Positions 28,029-38,746 are shown, numbered from the stretch's first letter. The stretch: DNA of 53,735 nucleotides from Faecousia sp. (GCA_045129455.1 JBGVJN010000015.1:1-53735); one strand, 5' to 3'. Made by a program: numbers and translations. The notes: generated from the sequence alone by a model not told the origin.

Positions 28029-28871
28029 TCACTTGCGAACGAACAGGACACCCAGGGTGCCGGGGCCGCAGTGGCAGGAAACGGTGCAGCCTGCCTGGGT
28101 CTCATAGACGGTCTCGAAGTTGCCGTAAGCGTCAATGGCATCCTTGACGGACTTCAGACACTCGTCGTTGACGGGGGTGTAGGTGAGGAACAGCTCATTG
28201 CGGATGATGTCCTCACGGTCGGCCAGGCGGTCCTTCACATAGGCGGCCAGGCACTTGGCATAGGGACCACGGTACTTCTTCACAACGCCCAGCTTGCCGT
28301 TCTTTACTTCCAGGCAGGGCTTCAGATTCAGAAGGTTGGCGCCCAGCGCAGTGGCAGCGGAGCAACGGCCGCCCTTGGCCATATACTTCAGCTGATCCAG
28401 CAGGAAGCTGGCTTCCACACGGAGGGTCAGATCATTGAGCTTGGCAGCGATCTGGTCCAGATCGTCGCACTCCTTGGCCAGGCGGCAAGCCTCCAGGACC
28501 ACAAGACCCTGGCCGGTGGACAGATTCTGGGAGTCGATGACACGGACATTGGGGAAATCCTCAGCAGCGATGCAGGCATTCTGGTAGCTGGAGGAGAAGC
28601 CGGAGCCGAGGCTGATGTGGATCACGCCGTCATATTCGCCGGCATACTTGGCGAACAGCTTCTGGTACTCGTCCACATTGTAGGCGGTGGTGGAGCAAAG
28701 GTCGCCGCCGGCTGCCACATGGGCGAAAATGTCGGCAGGGAAGATGGTCTCACAGTCGGTAAACTGCTCACCGTTCTTGATGACGGTCAGACGGGAAAGG
28801 GTGATATCATGCTCTTTCAGCTGCTCGGGGGAAAGGTCGCAAGTGCTGTCGGACAGGATCTTGATGTTCAT
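28029..28871 (-). CDS. DegV family fatty-acid-binding protein
   Basis: DSTCDL, SSSY, KGGR and HCGPG motifs. Confidence 0.93.
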   Translation of the reverse strand: MNIKILSDSTCDLSPEQLKEHDITLSRLTVIKNGEQFTDCETIFPADIFAHVAAGGDLCSTTAYNVDEYQKLFAKYAGEYDGVIHISLGSGFSSSYQNACIAAEDFPNVRVIDSQNLSTGQGLVVLEACRLAKECDDLDQIAAKLNDLTLRVEASFLLDQLKYMAKGGRCSAATALGANLLNLKPCLEVKNGKLGVVKKYRGPYAKCLAAYVKDRLADREDIIRNELFLTYTPVNDECLKSVKDAIDAYGNFETVYETQAGCTVSCHCGPGTLGVLFVRK

Positions 28872-28887
28872 AATCTTTCTCTCCTTG

Positions 28888-29250
28888 TTAGTTGGTGCGG
28901 GCCAGCGGATCCTGACCCATCATGAAGCAATTGGCTTCGACATTTTGTGTTTTCAGATAACCGGTACCCCAGTCACGCATGGCGGTGAGGATGGGCATCA
29001 AGCTGTGACCCAACTCCGTCAGAGAGTACTCCACACGGGGCGGAATGATGGGATAGACCTCCCGATGGATCAGCTTCTGCGCCTCCAGCTCCCGCAGCTG
29101 CTGGGTAAGCATTTTTGGGGTGGCGCTTTGGATGCACTTTTGCAGCTGGGAAAAACGAAGCTTGCCTTCGGCCAAATGCCAGAGGATCAGCGCCTTGTAT
29201 TTTCCGCCGATCAGATCCAGAGTTGCGGCCACGGGACAGTTTTCATTCAT
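28888..29250 (-). CDS. HxlR family winged-HTH regulator
   Basis: CPV..IGGKYK, LTQQLRELE and PPRVEYSLT motifs. Confidence 0.93.
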   Translation of the reverse strand: MNENCPVAATLDLIGGKYKALILWHLAEGKLRFSQLQKCIQSATPKMLTQQLRELEAQKLIHREVYPIIPPRVEYSLTELGHSLMPILTAMRDWGTGYLKTQNVEANCFMMGQDPLARTN

Positions 29251-29490
29251 CTGTAAAAGCACCTCCTACAGTATCCAAAAGGATAGTATAGTACAAAAAA
29301 GTACATACTTGCGATTTGGGCGTGACATGTTAGAATAGTAGCATAAAGACGGGGTAAAGTCAATATCACGCTTGTTTTCGTGAAGAAAAAGCATTTCTAC
29401 GGACGATCCTAGGTGAACGAAAATTACTTCCTGCGGATATTGATTTTGTGCGCGTTATCGTGGATAATATATGCAGAAAGAGGCGAGACG

Positions 29491-31959
29491 ATGAAGCTGA
29501 AATTTGAAGTTACGGGCATGACTTGCGCAGCCTGCAGCGCCCGTGTGGAAAAGGTTACTGCTGCCGTGCCGGGAGTTGACCGGGTGGAAGTGAATCTGCT
29601 GGCAGGCGCCATGACAGTGGAGGCGGGATCTGATAGTGTGACGGAGCAGATCATCCGGGATATTTCCGCCGCCGGCTACGGCGCGCAGCTTGCCGGTGAA
29701 AAAGCAAAGGCAGCTCCGGTTTCAACAGATGAAAGTAAGCAGATGAAAATGCGGATCATCGGCAGCTTTGCCTTCCTGGCGGTTTTGATGTATTTTACCA
29801 TGGGGCATATGGTTGGCCTTCCGGTGCCTTCCTGGTATCACGGAAGAGAAAACGCCCTGGTGGCGGCGCTGCTGCAGTTTATGCTGACCCTGCCGCCGGT
29901 GATCCTCAACAGGGTCTATTATACCCGAGGGCTGAAGGCCCTGTGGCACCGCAGCCCCAATATGGATTCTCTTATCGCGGTCGGCTCCGGCGCGGCGCTG
30001 ATCTATGGCATCGCAGCCCTGTTCGTGATGGCCTATGCCATGGGCCATGGTGACTGGCAAACCCTGGAGCATTACCGGGAAAATCTGTACTTTGAATCCG
30101 CTGCCATGATCCTCACGCTGATCACTCTGGGTAAATTTTTGGAAAGCCGTGCCAAGGGTAAGACCGGCGACGCCATCCGGGGATTGATGGATCTTCGCCC
30201 GGAGACCGCCTGTGTCTTGCGTGACGGACAGGAGCTCATGGTCCCGGCGGAGCAGGTTCGGGTAGGAGATCTGATCGTGGTCCGTTCCGGCGGGCGCATC
30301 CCCGTGGACGGCACCGTGGTGGAAGGAAGAGCCTCTGTGGATCAAAGCGCTCTGACAGGTGAAAGTGTTCCTGTGGAGAAGCTTCCCGGAGATACCGTGG
30401 CGGCTGCCACCATCAATGCCGAGGGTTATCTTGTATTCCGTGCGGATAAAGTGGGAGAGGATACCACACTTTCCCAGGTGATCCGTATGGTGGAGGAAGC
30501 CGGCGGCACCAAGGCGCCCATTGCAAGACTTGCGGATAAGATCGCGGGCATTTTCGTGCCGGTGGTCATGAGTATCGCAGCGGTGGTATTTATCGCCTGG
30601 CTGATTGCTACGGGGGATCTGGAATTTTCCTTGACGGCGGCCATTTCCGTGCTGGTCATATCCTGCCCCTGCGCTTTGGGGCTTGCGACCCCGGTAGCCA
30701 TCATGGTGGGTACCGGCCGGGGCGCCGGTATGGGCGTACTGTTCAAAAACGGTGCGGCGCTGGAGCATCTTCATGATGTGGATACGGTGGTGCTGGATAA
30801 GACCGGTACGCTGACCACCGGTGTACCCGCTGTGACCGACATCCTTCCCGGACAGGTGGCGGGTGAGGAGCTTCTGCGCATCGCCGCGGCTTTGGAGCAA
30901 AAATCCGAGCATCCCTTCGCCAAGGCGATCCTGGCAAAAGCCCAGGGGATCCCGCTGCCTGCAACCTGTGATTTTGAAACGCTGCCGGGCCTTGGGATCC
31001 GGGCACAGGTGGATGGCAAGGTCTGCTTCGGCGGAAACCGCCGACTGATGGCACAGGAGCATGTGCAGGTGCCGGAATATCCGGAGCTTGCCTCCCAGGG
31101 AAAGACACCGTTGTATTTTGCCACTTCTGAGGGCGTTTATCTGGGGGCTATCGCTGCCGCGGATACCTTGAAGGAGGACTCCGCAAGTGCTGTGGAGCAG
31201 CTGAAGGCGCTGAAGCTGCACATCGTGATGCTCACCGGCGACAATGAAAAAACCGCTGCCGCCATTGCTCAAAAGGCCGGTATCGACCATGTAGTGGCGG
31301 ATGTGCTGCCGGGAGATAAGGCCGGCGTAGTCAGCCGGCTGCGGCAGGAGGGCAAAAAGGTACTGATGGTAGGCGACGGCATCAATGATGCCCCGGCGCT
31401 GGTCACCGCGGATGTTGGCATGGCCATCGGTGCGGGTACGGATATCGCCATGGAGTCTGCCGATGTGGTGCTGATGTCCGGGTCGCTATCCGGTGTTGCC
31501 AATGCCATCCGGTTGAGCAAGGCTACCATCCGCAATATCAGGCAGAATCTTTTCTGGGCATTTTTCTATAATTGTCTTGGCATTCCTGTGGCGGCCCTGG
31601 GGCTGCTCAGCCCCATGATCGGTGCGGCGGCCATGAGCTGCAGCTCTGTGTTTGTGGTGACCAATGCCCTGCGTCTGCGAAAGTTTAAGGCAATTACCCA
31701 TTCTGACACAGAAATCACACCGGATGCGTTTGCGCCGGAAAGTATTAAGGAGGAAACGACCATGACAACAGTGATCAAAGTAGAAGGCATGATGTGCCCC
31801 CATTGCAAGGCGATGGTGGAGAAGGTCTGCAAGGCAACTGCCGGCACGGCGGATGCAGTGGTAGACCTGCAGGCAAAGACCGTAACTGTCACCGGTGAAG
31901 CTTCCCCAGACGCACTGAAAAAGGCTATCACCGATGCCGGCTACGAAGTCATCGGGTGA
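29491..31959 (+). CDS. copA: Copper-translocating P1B-type ATPase with N- and C-terminal HMA domains
   Basis: GMTCAAC, TGES, CPC, DKTGT, SEHP, GDGIND, YN, and C-terminal GMMCPHC. Confidence 0.93.
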   Translation: MKLKFEVTGMTCAACSARVEKVTAAVPGVDRVEVNLLAGAMTVEAGSDSVTEQIIRDISAAGYGAQLAGEKAKAAPVSTDESKQMKMRIIGSFAFLAVLMYFTMGHMVGLPVPSWYHGRENALVAALLQFMLTLPPVILNRVYYTRGLKALWHRSPNMDSLIAVGSGAALIYGIAALFVMAYAMGHGDWQTLEHYRENLYFESAAMILTLITLGKFLESRAKGKTGDAIRGLMDLRPETACVLRDGQELMVPAEQVRVGDLIVVRSGGRIPVDGTVVEGRASVDQSALTGESVPVEKLPGDTVAAATINAEGYLVFRADKVGEDTTLSQVIRMVEEAGGTKAPIARLADKIAGIFVPVVMSIAAVVFIAWLIATGDLEFSLTAAISVLVISCPCALGLATPVAIMVGTGRGAGMGVLFKNGAALEHLHDVDTVVLDKTGTLTTGVPAVTDILPGQVAGEELLRIAAALEQKSEHPFAKAILAKAQGIPLPATCDFETLPGLGIRAQVDGKVCFGGNRRLMAQEHVQVPEYPELASQGKTPLYFATSEGVYLGAIAAADTLKEDSASAVEQLKALKLHIVMLTGDNEKTAAAIAQKAGIDHVVADVLPGDKAGVVSRLRQEGKKVLMVGDGINDAPALVTADVGMAIGAGTDIAMESADVVLMSGSLSGVANAIRLSKATIRNIRQNLFWAFFYNCLGIPVAALGLLSPMIGAAAMSCSSVFVVTNALRLRKFKAITHSDTEITPDAFAPESIKEETTMTTVIKVEGMMCPHCKAMVEKVCKATAGTADAVVDLQAKTVTVTGEASPDALKKAITDAGYEVIG

Positions 31960-31968
31960 GGTGCGGCT

Positions 31969-32880
31969 ATGCGTACAGAGCATTATTTTGACTCCCAGGG
32001 AAAGGGTAAGATCCACTATGTAAAATGGGCACCCCAGGCCCAGCCCAAGGCCATCGTGCAGATCATCCACGGCATCGCTGAGCACGCCGGCCGCTACGAG
32101 GATCTGGCAGCTTATCTCAACTCTCAGGATATCCTGGTGGTGGCGGAGGATCATATGGGCCACGGCCTTTCCATGAAGACCGGCACCCAGGGATACTTTG
32201 ACGGCGGTTGGTTTACCGCGGCCGCGGATTGCCATAAGCTCACGGAGCTTACCATGGAGGAGTACCCCGATGTTCCCTATATCCTTTACGGCCACTCTAT
32301 GGGCTCCTTCCTGGCCCGGACACTGCTGACGGAATATCCCGACAGCGGCATTGCCGGCGCCATCATCTGCGGTACCGGCTGGATGAGCGGTGCGGTGCTG
32401 AAGGCGGGGCTGGCCGCCTGCGGTCTTCTGTGCAAGAAAGACGAAAAAGAACCCAGCCAGCTTCTCAACAAGCTGGTGTTCGGCGGCTATAACAAGCGTG
32501 TGGAGCATCAGCGTACCTCCAGCGACTGGCTCAGCCGGGATGACGGCAGCGTGGATGCCTACATCGCCGATCCTCTCTGCGGTTTTATCGCCTCTGCCGG
32601 TCTGATGCGGGATATGCTCACAGGCATTACCCATATCCAGAAACCGGAGAATCTTGCTAAGATGCAAAAGCAGCTGCCGGTATTCTTCATCGCCGGTGGG
32701 GATGACCCTGTGGGTGATTACGGCAAGGGTGTGCGGCAGGCTGCTCAGGAATTTGAAAAAGCGGGCATGGAGAAGGTTGCGATCCGGATCTATCCGCTGT
32801 GCCGCCATGAGATCCACAATGAGATCAACCGGCAGGAAGTGTACGAAGATGTTTCCCAGTGGATCGAAAGCGTGATCTGA
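31969..32880 (+). CDS. Alpha/beta hydrolase (lysophospholipase-like)
   Basis: HGIAEH, GHSMG and RHEI motifs. Confidence 0.9.
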   Translation: MRTEHYFDSQGKGKIHYVKWAPQAQPKAIVQIIHGIAEHAGRYEDLAAYLNSQDILVVAEDHMGHGLSMKTGTQGYFDGGWFTAAADCHKLTELTMEEYPDVPYILYGHSMGSFLARTLLTEYPDSGIAGAIICGTGWMSGAVLKAGLAACGLLCKKDEKEPSQLLNKLVFGGYNKRVEHQRTSSDWLSRDDGSVDAYIADPLCGFIASAGLMRDMLTGITHIQKPENLAKMQKQLPVFFIAGGDDPVGDYGKGVRQAAQEFEKAGMEKVAIRIYPLCRHEIHNEINRQEVYEDVSQWIESVI

Positions 32881-32904
32881 TCATTAGAAAAGGAAGAAAG
32901 AACT

Positions 32905-33639
32905 ATGCGTAATGTGCGCCTTGAGATCTGCTACGACGGCACAAGATATAAGGGCTGGCAGCGGCAGACGGCAACGGACAATACCATACAGGGTAAGCTG
33001 GAGGCGGTGCTGAGCCGCCTTCTGGAGCAGCAGATCGAAGTCCACGGCAGCGGCCGCACCGATGCCGGTGTCCATGCTATGTGCCAGACGGTGAATTTCT
33101 ACTGCGACAGCGATATGAGCGCCCAGGAGATTTTGTCCGGGCTGCGGCGGTATCTGCCGGAGGATATCGGCATATATTCCTGCAAGGATGTATCGCCCCG
33201 GTTCCATGCCCGGCTCAATGCTTTGTGCAAGACCTACCGCTATCGGATCTGGAACAGTGATACGCCCTGCGTATTTGACCGCAGATATGTGGCGGTGATG
33301 CCGGAGCCGCTGGATCTGCAGCGGATGCAGCAGGCAGCGGAGCATTTTTTGGGGCAGCATGATTTTGCGGCCTTCTGCACAAATAAGCGCATGAAGAAGT
33401 CTACGGTGCGCAGGATCGATTCCATACAGATCTGCCGTGAGGGGCCGGAGGTACGGATCACCGTTACCGGCAACGGCTTCCTGCACAATATGGTGCGCAT
33501 CATTACCGGCACCTTGATCGAGGTGGGCAGGGGAGAACGGGAACCGGAGAGTATCGCGCAGCTCTTTGATGGGCAGCGGATGGACACCGGCTTCCTGGCG
33601 CCCGCCCAGGGTCTGTGCCTTATGGAGGTGACATATTGA
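32905..33639 (+). CDS. truA: tRNA pseudouridine(38-40) synthase
   Basis: YDGT..GWQ, GRTDAGVHA and GFLHNMVR motifs. Confidence 0.95.
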   Translation: MRNVRLEICYDGTRYKGWQRQTATDNTIQGKLEAVLSRLLEQQIEVHGSGRTDAGVHAMCQTVNFYCDSDMSAQEILSGLRRYLPEDIGIYSCKDVSPRFHARLNALCKTYRYRIWNSDTPCVFDRRYVAVMPEPLDLQRMQQAAEHFLGQHDFAAFCTNKRMKKSTVRRIDSIQICREGPEVRITVTGNGFLHNMVRIITGTLIEVGRGEREPESIAQLFDGQRMDTGFLAPAQGLCLMEVTY

Positions 33640-33977
33640 ACATTCAGATCTTCGGAAAGTCCAAATGCTTCGACACCAAAAAGGCGGAGCGCTACTTCAA
33701 AGAGCGCAGGATCAAGTATCAGCTGATCGATCTGAACCGCTACGGTATGTCCGGCAAGGAATTCGACAGTGTCCTGCGGGCGGTGGGCGGCATCGATCAG
33801 CTGATCGATTGGGACAGTAAGTCTCCTACGGTAGTCCAGATGAAATACATGGACGATGCCAGAGCCAAGGAAGACAAGGTCTTCGACGCGCCTGAGCTGA
33901 TGAAGACCCCAGTGGTGCGCAACGGCAAGCAGGCAACAGTAGGCTACTGCCCGGAAATTTGGGCAAAATGGGAATAA
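33636..33977 (+). CDS. ArsC/Spx-like thioredoxin-fold protein
   Basis: GGAGG RBS and TTG start; KCFDTKKAERYF and TPVVR motifs. Confidence 0.85.
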   Translation: MNIQIFGKSKCFDTKKAERYFKERRIKYQLIDLNRYGMSGKEFDSVLRAVGGIDQLIDWDSKSPTVVQMKYMDDARAKEDKVFDAPELMKTPVVRNGKQATVGYCPEIWAKWE

Positions 33978-34086
33978 TACAAAAGCAGTTCTTCGAAAGA
34001 AGGACTGCTTTTTCCTGTATTTTCTGGGATAATGGCAAGAAAATCCTTGCGCATTGGTGAAAACGGTGGTAGGATAGGAGGATAAA

Positions 34087-35574
34087 ATGTCTGCGATACT
34101 GGAATGGGTCAACTCTCTGGTCTGGGGCGCGCCTGCACTGATCGCTATCCTGGCGGTGGGATTATGGCTGACGCTGCGTACCGGCTTTGTGCAGCTGCGG
34201 CTGCTGCCGGAAGCGCTGCGCCGATTCTTTCATCAGCTGCGTGGCGGTGAAAGCGCTGACGGCACGGTCTCGCCGTTCCAGGCGGTGTGTACGGCGCTGG
34301 CGGCCACGGTGGGTACCGGCAATCTTGCCGGGGTCGCCGGAGCGATGGCCATCGGCGGGCCGGGAGCCATCTTCTGGATGTGGGTCTGCGCTTTTTTGGG
34401 CATGGCCACCAAGTTTGCTGAGGCTTCTCTGGCGGTGCGATACCGGCACAGGGACGATGGCGGCGAATATGTGGGCGGCCCGATGTACATGATCCGCAAG
34501 GGTATGGGAAAGGGCTGGCACTGGCTTGCCTGGATCTATAGCTTTTTCGGGATCATTGCCGCCTTCGGTGTGGGCAATGCCACCCAGGTAAATACGGTGA
34601 TCTCCGGGGTCAATGAAGCGTTGTCAGCTTTTGGCTTCCGGCAGACATTGGAAGCAGACCTTTTGATGGGCATCGGCCTTGCGGTTCTGATCGTATCCAT
34701 GCTGCTGGGCGGCATGAAGCGCATCGGTGCCGTCGCGGAGCGGCTGGTACCCTTTGCGGCGGCAGCGTACCTGCTGCTGGGAGCGGCGGTGCTGCTGATG
34801 AAAGCGGATCAGCTTCCCGAGGCCTTTCAATCCATCTTTCTGGGAGCCTTTTCTCCCCGGGCGGTCACCGGCGGTATGGTAGGCTCAGTCTTTTCTGCCC
34901 TGCGGATCGGGGTGTCCCGAGGGGTGTTTACCAATGAGGCCGGGATGGGCACGGCGGCCATAGCCCATGCCGCAGCCCAGGTGGAGCATCCTGCCCAGCA
35001 GGGAATGATGGGCATCGTGGAGGTATTCCTGGACACGGTGGTCATCTGCACCGTCACGGCGCTTGTGATCCTGGTCAGCGGAGTGCCGATCCCCTACGGC
35101 CATGATACCGGCATGGCCCTGACCTCCCAGGCCTTCAGCTATGTTTTGGGGTCCTGGGTCAATGTGTTTCTGGCGGCAGCGCTTTGCTGCTTTGCCATCG
35201 CCACCGTCCTGGGCTGGGGGCTTTACGGCATCCGATGCGCCCAGTATCTGCTGGGACATAAGGCCTGGCGGCCCTTCGTGCTGCTGCAGGCAGGTGCTGT
35301 CATCGCCGGCGCGGTGCTGAATACCGGCACGGTGTGGCTTCTATCCGAGATCGTCAACGGTCTGATGGCCGTTCCTAATTTGATCGCGCTGGCGGCCCTT
35401 AGCGGTGAGGCGGCGCAGATCGCAAAAGATTACAAGCGTACTGGAGGTACTTATGAAGATATCCATCAATGCCAACCGCTGCGAGCCTTCGCCCATGCGA
35501 AAGTTCCACCCTCTGGCGGTGAAGGCAGAACAGCAAGGCAAAAAGATCCACCATCTGAATATCGGCCAGCCTGA
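34087..35574 (+). CDS. Alanine/glycine:cation symporter (AGCS)
   Basis: VGTGN, GGPGAIFWMW, GGPMY and FTNEAGMG motifs. Confidence 0.92.
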   Translation: MSAILEWVNSLVWGAPALIAILAVGLWLTLRTGFVQLRLLPEALRRFFHQLRGGESADGTVSPFQAVCTALAATVGTGNLAGVAGAMAIGGPGAIFWMWVCAFLGMATKFAEASLAVRYRHRDDGGEYVGGPMYMIRKGMGKGWHWLAWIYSFFGIIAAFGVGNATQVNTVISGVNEALSAFGFRQTLEADLLMGIGLAVLIVSMLLGGMKRIGAVAERLVPFAAAAYLLLGAAVLLMKADQLPEAFQSIFLGAFSPRAVTGGMVGSVFSALRIGVSRGVFTNEAGMGTAAIAHAAAQVEHPAQQGMMGIVEVFLDTVVICTVTALVILVSGVPIPYGHDTGMALTSQAFSYVLGSWVNVFLAAALCCFAIATVLGWGLYGIRCAQYLLGHKAWRPFVLLQAGAVIAGAVLNTGTVWLLSEIVNGLMAVPNLIALAALSGEAAQIAKDYKRTGGTYEDIHQCQPLRAFAHAKVPPSGGEGRTARQKDPPSEYRPA

Positions 35575-36658
35575 CCTTCCTACACCGGAGGCGTTCTATG
35601 AGGCAGTGCGGGGCTTCCGTTTTGACACCCTTTCCTATGCCGCGTCTCCCGGTATGCCGGTGCTGATCGATGCGGTGCGTGGCTACTACGATAAGCTGGG
35701 TGTTTCTCTGGATCCCCAGGATGTGCTGATCACCACCGGCGGCAGCGAGGCGCTGCTGCTGACCTGCCTGAGCATCCTGGATCCTTATACGGAGGTCATC
35801 ATTCCCGAGCCTTACTACCCCAACTACACCACCTTCGTCCATGCCGCCGGCGGCCGGATCCGTGCGCTGCCCACCAGCGCTGAGGAAGGCTACCGCTACG
35901 CTGACCGTAAGCGGATCGAAAGCCTCATCACCAAAAATACCCGTGCCATCCTCATCACCAACCCCGGCAATCCCACCGGTGTGGTGCTGAGCAAGGAAGA
36001 GATGCGCATGATCGCGGATGTGGCCAAGAAGCACGATCTGTACCTGATCAGCGACGAGGTGTACCGGGAATTCTGCTATGATGACAAGTTCGGCATCCCC
36101 ACCATGGCCCATTTCGACGATATCAGCGACAATTTGGTGATCGTGGATTCCGTGTCCAAGCGGTTTTCCGCCTGCGGCGCCCGTGTGGGCTGCGTGGTCA
36201 CCAAGAATAAGGAGCTGCAGCAGGCGCTGCTGAAGTTCTGCCAGTCCCGCCTCAGCGTTGCTACCATCGACCAGATCGGCGCGGCGGCACTGTATAGCGT
36301 GGGCCCGGAATTCTTCGCTGCCAGCAAGGAAGAGTACCGCAAGCGCCGTGACCTGGTGGTAGCCCGGCTGCGCCGGATCCCCGGTGTGCAGGTGGAGGAG
36401 CCGATGGGCGCCTTCTATCTCATGGCAGGCTTGCCTGTGGATGACGCGGATAAGTTCCAGAAGTGGCTTCTGGAGGAGTTTGACGACCAGGGAGATACGG
36501 TCATGTTCGCTCCCGGCGCTCCCTTCTATGAAACTCCCGGCAAGGGCATCAACGAGGTGCGTATCGCCTATGTCCGTGACGCTGCTGAGCTGGAGCGTGC
36601 CATGGAGCTGCTGGAAAAGGGCATCGCAAGATACCAAAAGGAAGTTATGGGTGAATAA
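35453..36658 (+). CDS. Class I/II PLP-dependent aminotransferase (aspartate aminotransferase-like)
   Basis: NIGQPD, NPGNPTG, SDEVY and SVSKRFSACGARVG motifs. Confidence 0.92.
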   Translation: MKISINANRCEPSPMRKFHPLAVKAEQQGKKIHHLNIGQPDLPTPEAFYEAVRGFRFDTLSYAASPGMPVLIDAVRGYYDKLGVSLDPQDVLITTGGSEALLLTCLSILDPYTEVIIPEPYYPNYTTFVHAAGGRIRALPTSAEEGYRYADRKRIESLITKNTRAILITNPGNPTGVVLSKEEMRMIADVAKKHDLYLISDEVYREFCYDDKFGIPTMAHFDDISDNLVIVDSVSKRFSACGARVGCVVTKNKELQQALLKFCQSRLSVATIDQIGAAALYSVGPEFFAASKEEYRKRRDLVVARLRRIPGVQVEEPMGAFYLMAGLPVDDADKFQKWLLEEFDDQGDTVMFAPGAPFYETPGKGINEVRIAYVRDAAELERAMELLEKGIARYQKEVMGE

Positions 36659-36697
36659 AATTCAGCCGCACAGGGAATGCCTGTGCGGCTGCTGCTA

Positions 36698-37102
36698 TTA
36701 TTCGATGGTGATTTCTTCGACCCGGTCGGAAAGCAAGGTGCCTTCCCATTCGTATTGCAGACGGATCACTACGGATTCATAGTTTTCTATATCGTCAAGG
36801 ATCAGCCACTTGTCCGGCAAGAGGGCCTTTCCCTCCAGAAGATTTGCTGTGCTGCCGTCAGATGCACGGGCGGTAACGGAAGCATAGAATCCTTCCATGG
36901 GCATATTCCCGGGCAAGGCGATGGCGATATGCTTGTTTCCGTCAGAGTGGTATTCGATAGATACAGCTTCCAGATGATCAAGGCCACCCAAATAAAGCAA
37001 CTCTTCGGGAGGACAGGTGGAGGAAAGTTCTGCAGCAGCGCAACCGGTAAACAAGAGAATAACCAGTATTGAAATCAAAAGCTGCGTCGGAAATCTGTTC
37101 AT
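36698..37102 (-). CDS. Hypothetical lipoprotein
   Basis: AAAGGAGG RBS; lipobox FTGC. Confidence 0.65.
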   Translation of the reverse strand: MNRFPTQLLISILVILLFTGCAAAELSSTCPPEELLYLGGLDHLEAVSIEYHSDGNKHIAIALPGNMPMEGFYASVTARASDGSTANLLEGKALLPDKWLILDDIENYESVVIRLQYEWEGTLLSDRVEEITIE

Positions 37103-37223
37103 ATTTAAGCCTCCTTTGAATCGGGATTGTGCAACATACATATATTATTTTGCATTTTTATTTTATCATATGTTTAATATGATGTCAATTAAAATGGCGT
37201 GCTTTGCAGCACGCCATTTCTGT

Positions 37224-38420
37224 TCAGTTATTGTTTTCGGTAATAGTCAGACTGTTGCCATCAGCACTGATCACATAGCTCTTCACCTCGCCGCCGCTGC
37301 GGCAGGTAAGCAGCAACTGCTGGCCGTCGGCAAAGGGATAGTGGATCACCACCGCGTCACCTGCGCTGATGCAGTTGGCGGCGAAGACGGTATCGGCGCT
37401 CTGCCCGGGCAGGCTTTCCGTGCCGTTCAGCTGCAGGCGCACATCATAGACGATGGTGTCGCAGCTGAGGATAATGGCATCCGCCTCCGGATCCAGCAGT
37501 ACCTCGCTGAAGTGCCCGAAATCGTCCAGATTCGCACTGCCAAACCACTGCACCGCAGCTTCGCCGGCTACATCCGAGGTCTCACCGGGGAACAGATCAT
37601 TGCGCAAAATGCCCAGCAGCCGGGAGTAGGGAACGGTAGCGAAGACTGCGCCCGTGGAGTATGGAGCGATGTCATAGGGGGCAAAATAGAAGCAAAGACC
37701 TTCGGCGGAGAAGTACCAGGTGGCCTCCTGCTGCAGGTCGGATTGGAAGCGGCGGGTGATGGTGTCGGCATAGTCGCTGTATAGCTCCTCCGCTCTTTCT
37801 CCCAGAACTTCAACAAGCGCCTGGCACAGCCGGTCAGCCGCGTCACTTTCCTCCGTGAGGATCTGGCCCAGAGTCATCACATTGCCGGTGAGCAGATCGT
37901 AGTTGACGCAGGTGTTGGTCACCTCGGCACGGACATCCCCGGTGAAGACGGTCTCGGTGCCCAGAAGGCTCACTACGGTCTTATCGATACGGGTGGGAGT
38001 GTAGAGGATCTGGCAGTAGTATTCTTCCCAGCTTTCTCCGTCCACATAGGATTGCTGGGCAAGATCCCGGATATCCTCGTAGCTTGCGGTGTTGGCATCC
38101 ATTCGCTGGAGAAGATCCAGGACGATCCGCTCGTTGATCTGGGCGCTGCCGCAGTCCAGCACCACATCCTGGAAAATGTGAGAGTAGATCACGGTGCCGT
38201 CCTCAGCAAGGTCGGACTCGGTGATCAGCGGCAGGCTGATGCTGACCATATTCACAGGATCCCAGACAATAGGCTGGGAGCTTTCCTGGGAAGACCCGGT
38301 GCTTTCCTGGGTGGAAGGCTCCGTAGGCTCCGGCAGTGTCCACACGCCGGTCACTAGCAATGCCAGTGCCACGCAAAGGGCCAGCGCCAGCACCGGCAGA
38401 ATATATAAAAGCTTTCTCAT
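37224..38420 (-). CDS. Membrane-anchored RsiV/DUF3298-like protein
   Basis: NYDLLTG..L..I and FYFAPYDIAPYSTG motifs. Confidence 0.75.
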   Translation of the reverse strand: MRKLLYILPVLALALCVALALLVTGVWTLPEPTEPSTQESTGSSQESSQPIVWDPVNMVSISLPLITESDLAEDGTVIYSHIFQDVVLDCGSAQINERIVLDLLQRMDANTASYEDIRDLAQQSYVDGESWEEYYCQILYTPTRIDKTVVSLLGTETVFTGDVRAEVTNTCVNYDLLTGNVMTLGQILTEESDAADRLCQALVEVLGERAEELYSDYADTITRRFQSDLQQEATWYFSAEGLCFYFAPYDIAPYSTGAVFATVPYSRLLGILRNDLFPGETSDVAGEAAVQWFGSANLDDFGHFSEVLLDPEADAIILSCDTIVYDVRLQLNGTESLPGQSADTVFAANCISAGDAVVIHYPFADGQQLLLTCRSGGEVKSYVISADGNSLTITENNN

Positions 38421-38554
38421 AGTATCCTCCTTGGGTCACGGGTACTGCCCACAGTATAACATAGTTCGACACATTTCGCAACTGATGATTTTCTGGCCGG
38501 TTTTTACTTGACAAGCAGGCTAAATCGATGGTAAAATGTTCCCGTATAGGCCCT

Positions 38555-38746
38555 GCAATGAACGGAAAGAGTAGCAGAATCCGAACCGACAGAGAGTGGA
38601 TGCCGCCGGCTGAAAGCATCCGCAGGGGAGTGGCTGCGAAAGTGCGTCCGGGAGCGGGAAAGTGAATCACGAGCGATAAATGAGAGTGGAACCGCGAGTC
38701 TTTGACCCGCCTCTTGTACCTGGGGTATAAGAGGCGTTTTTTATTT
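38555..38746 (+). promoter_or_regulatory. T-box riboswitch, Cys specifier
   Basis: AGAGAG and GGCTGAA motifs; TGC at 38643-38645; GAGTGGAACCGCG; terminator CGCCTCTTGTAC/GTATAAGAGGCG. Confidence 0.92.

Noticed and set aside
33980-34086. Glycine riboswitch ahead of the AGCS symporter
   Set aside because: Intergenic space is only ~110 bp and holds a terminator; no aptamer motifs
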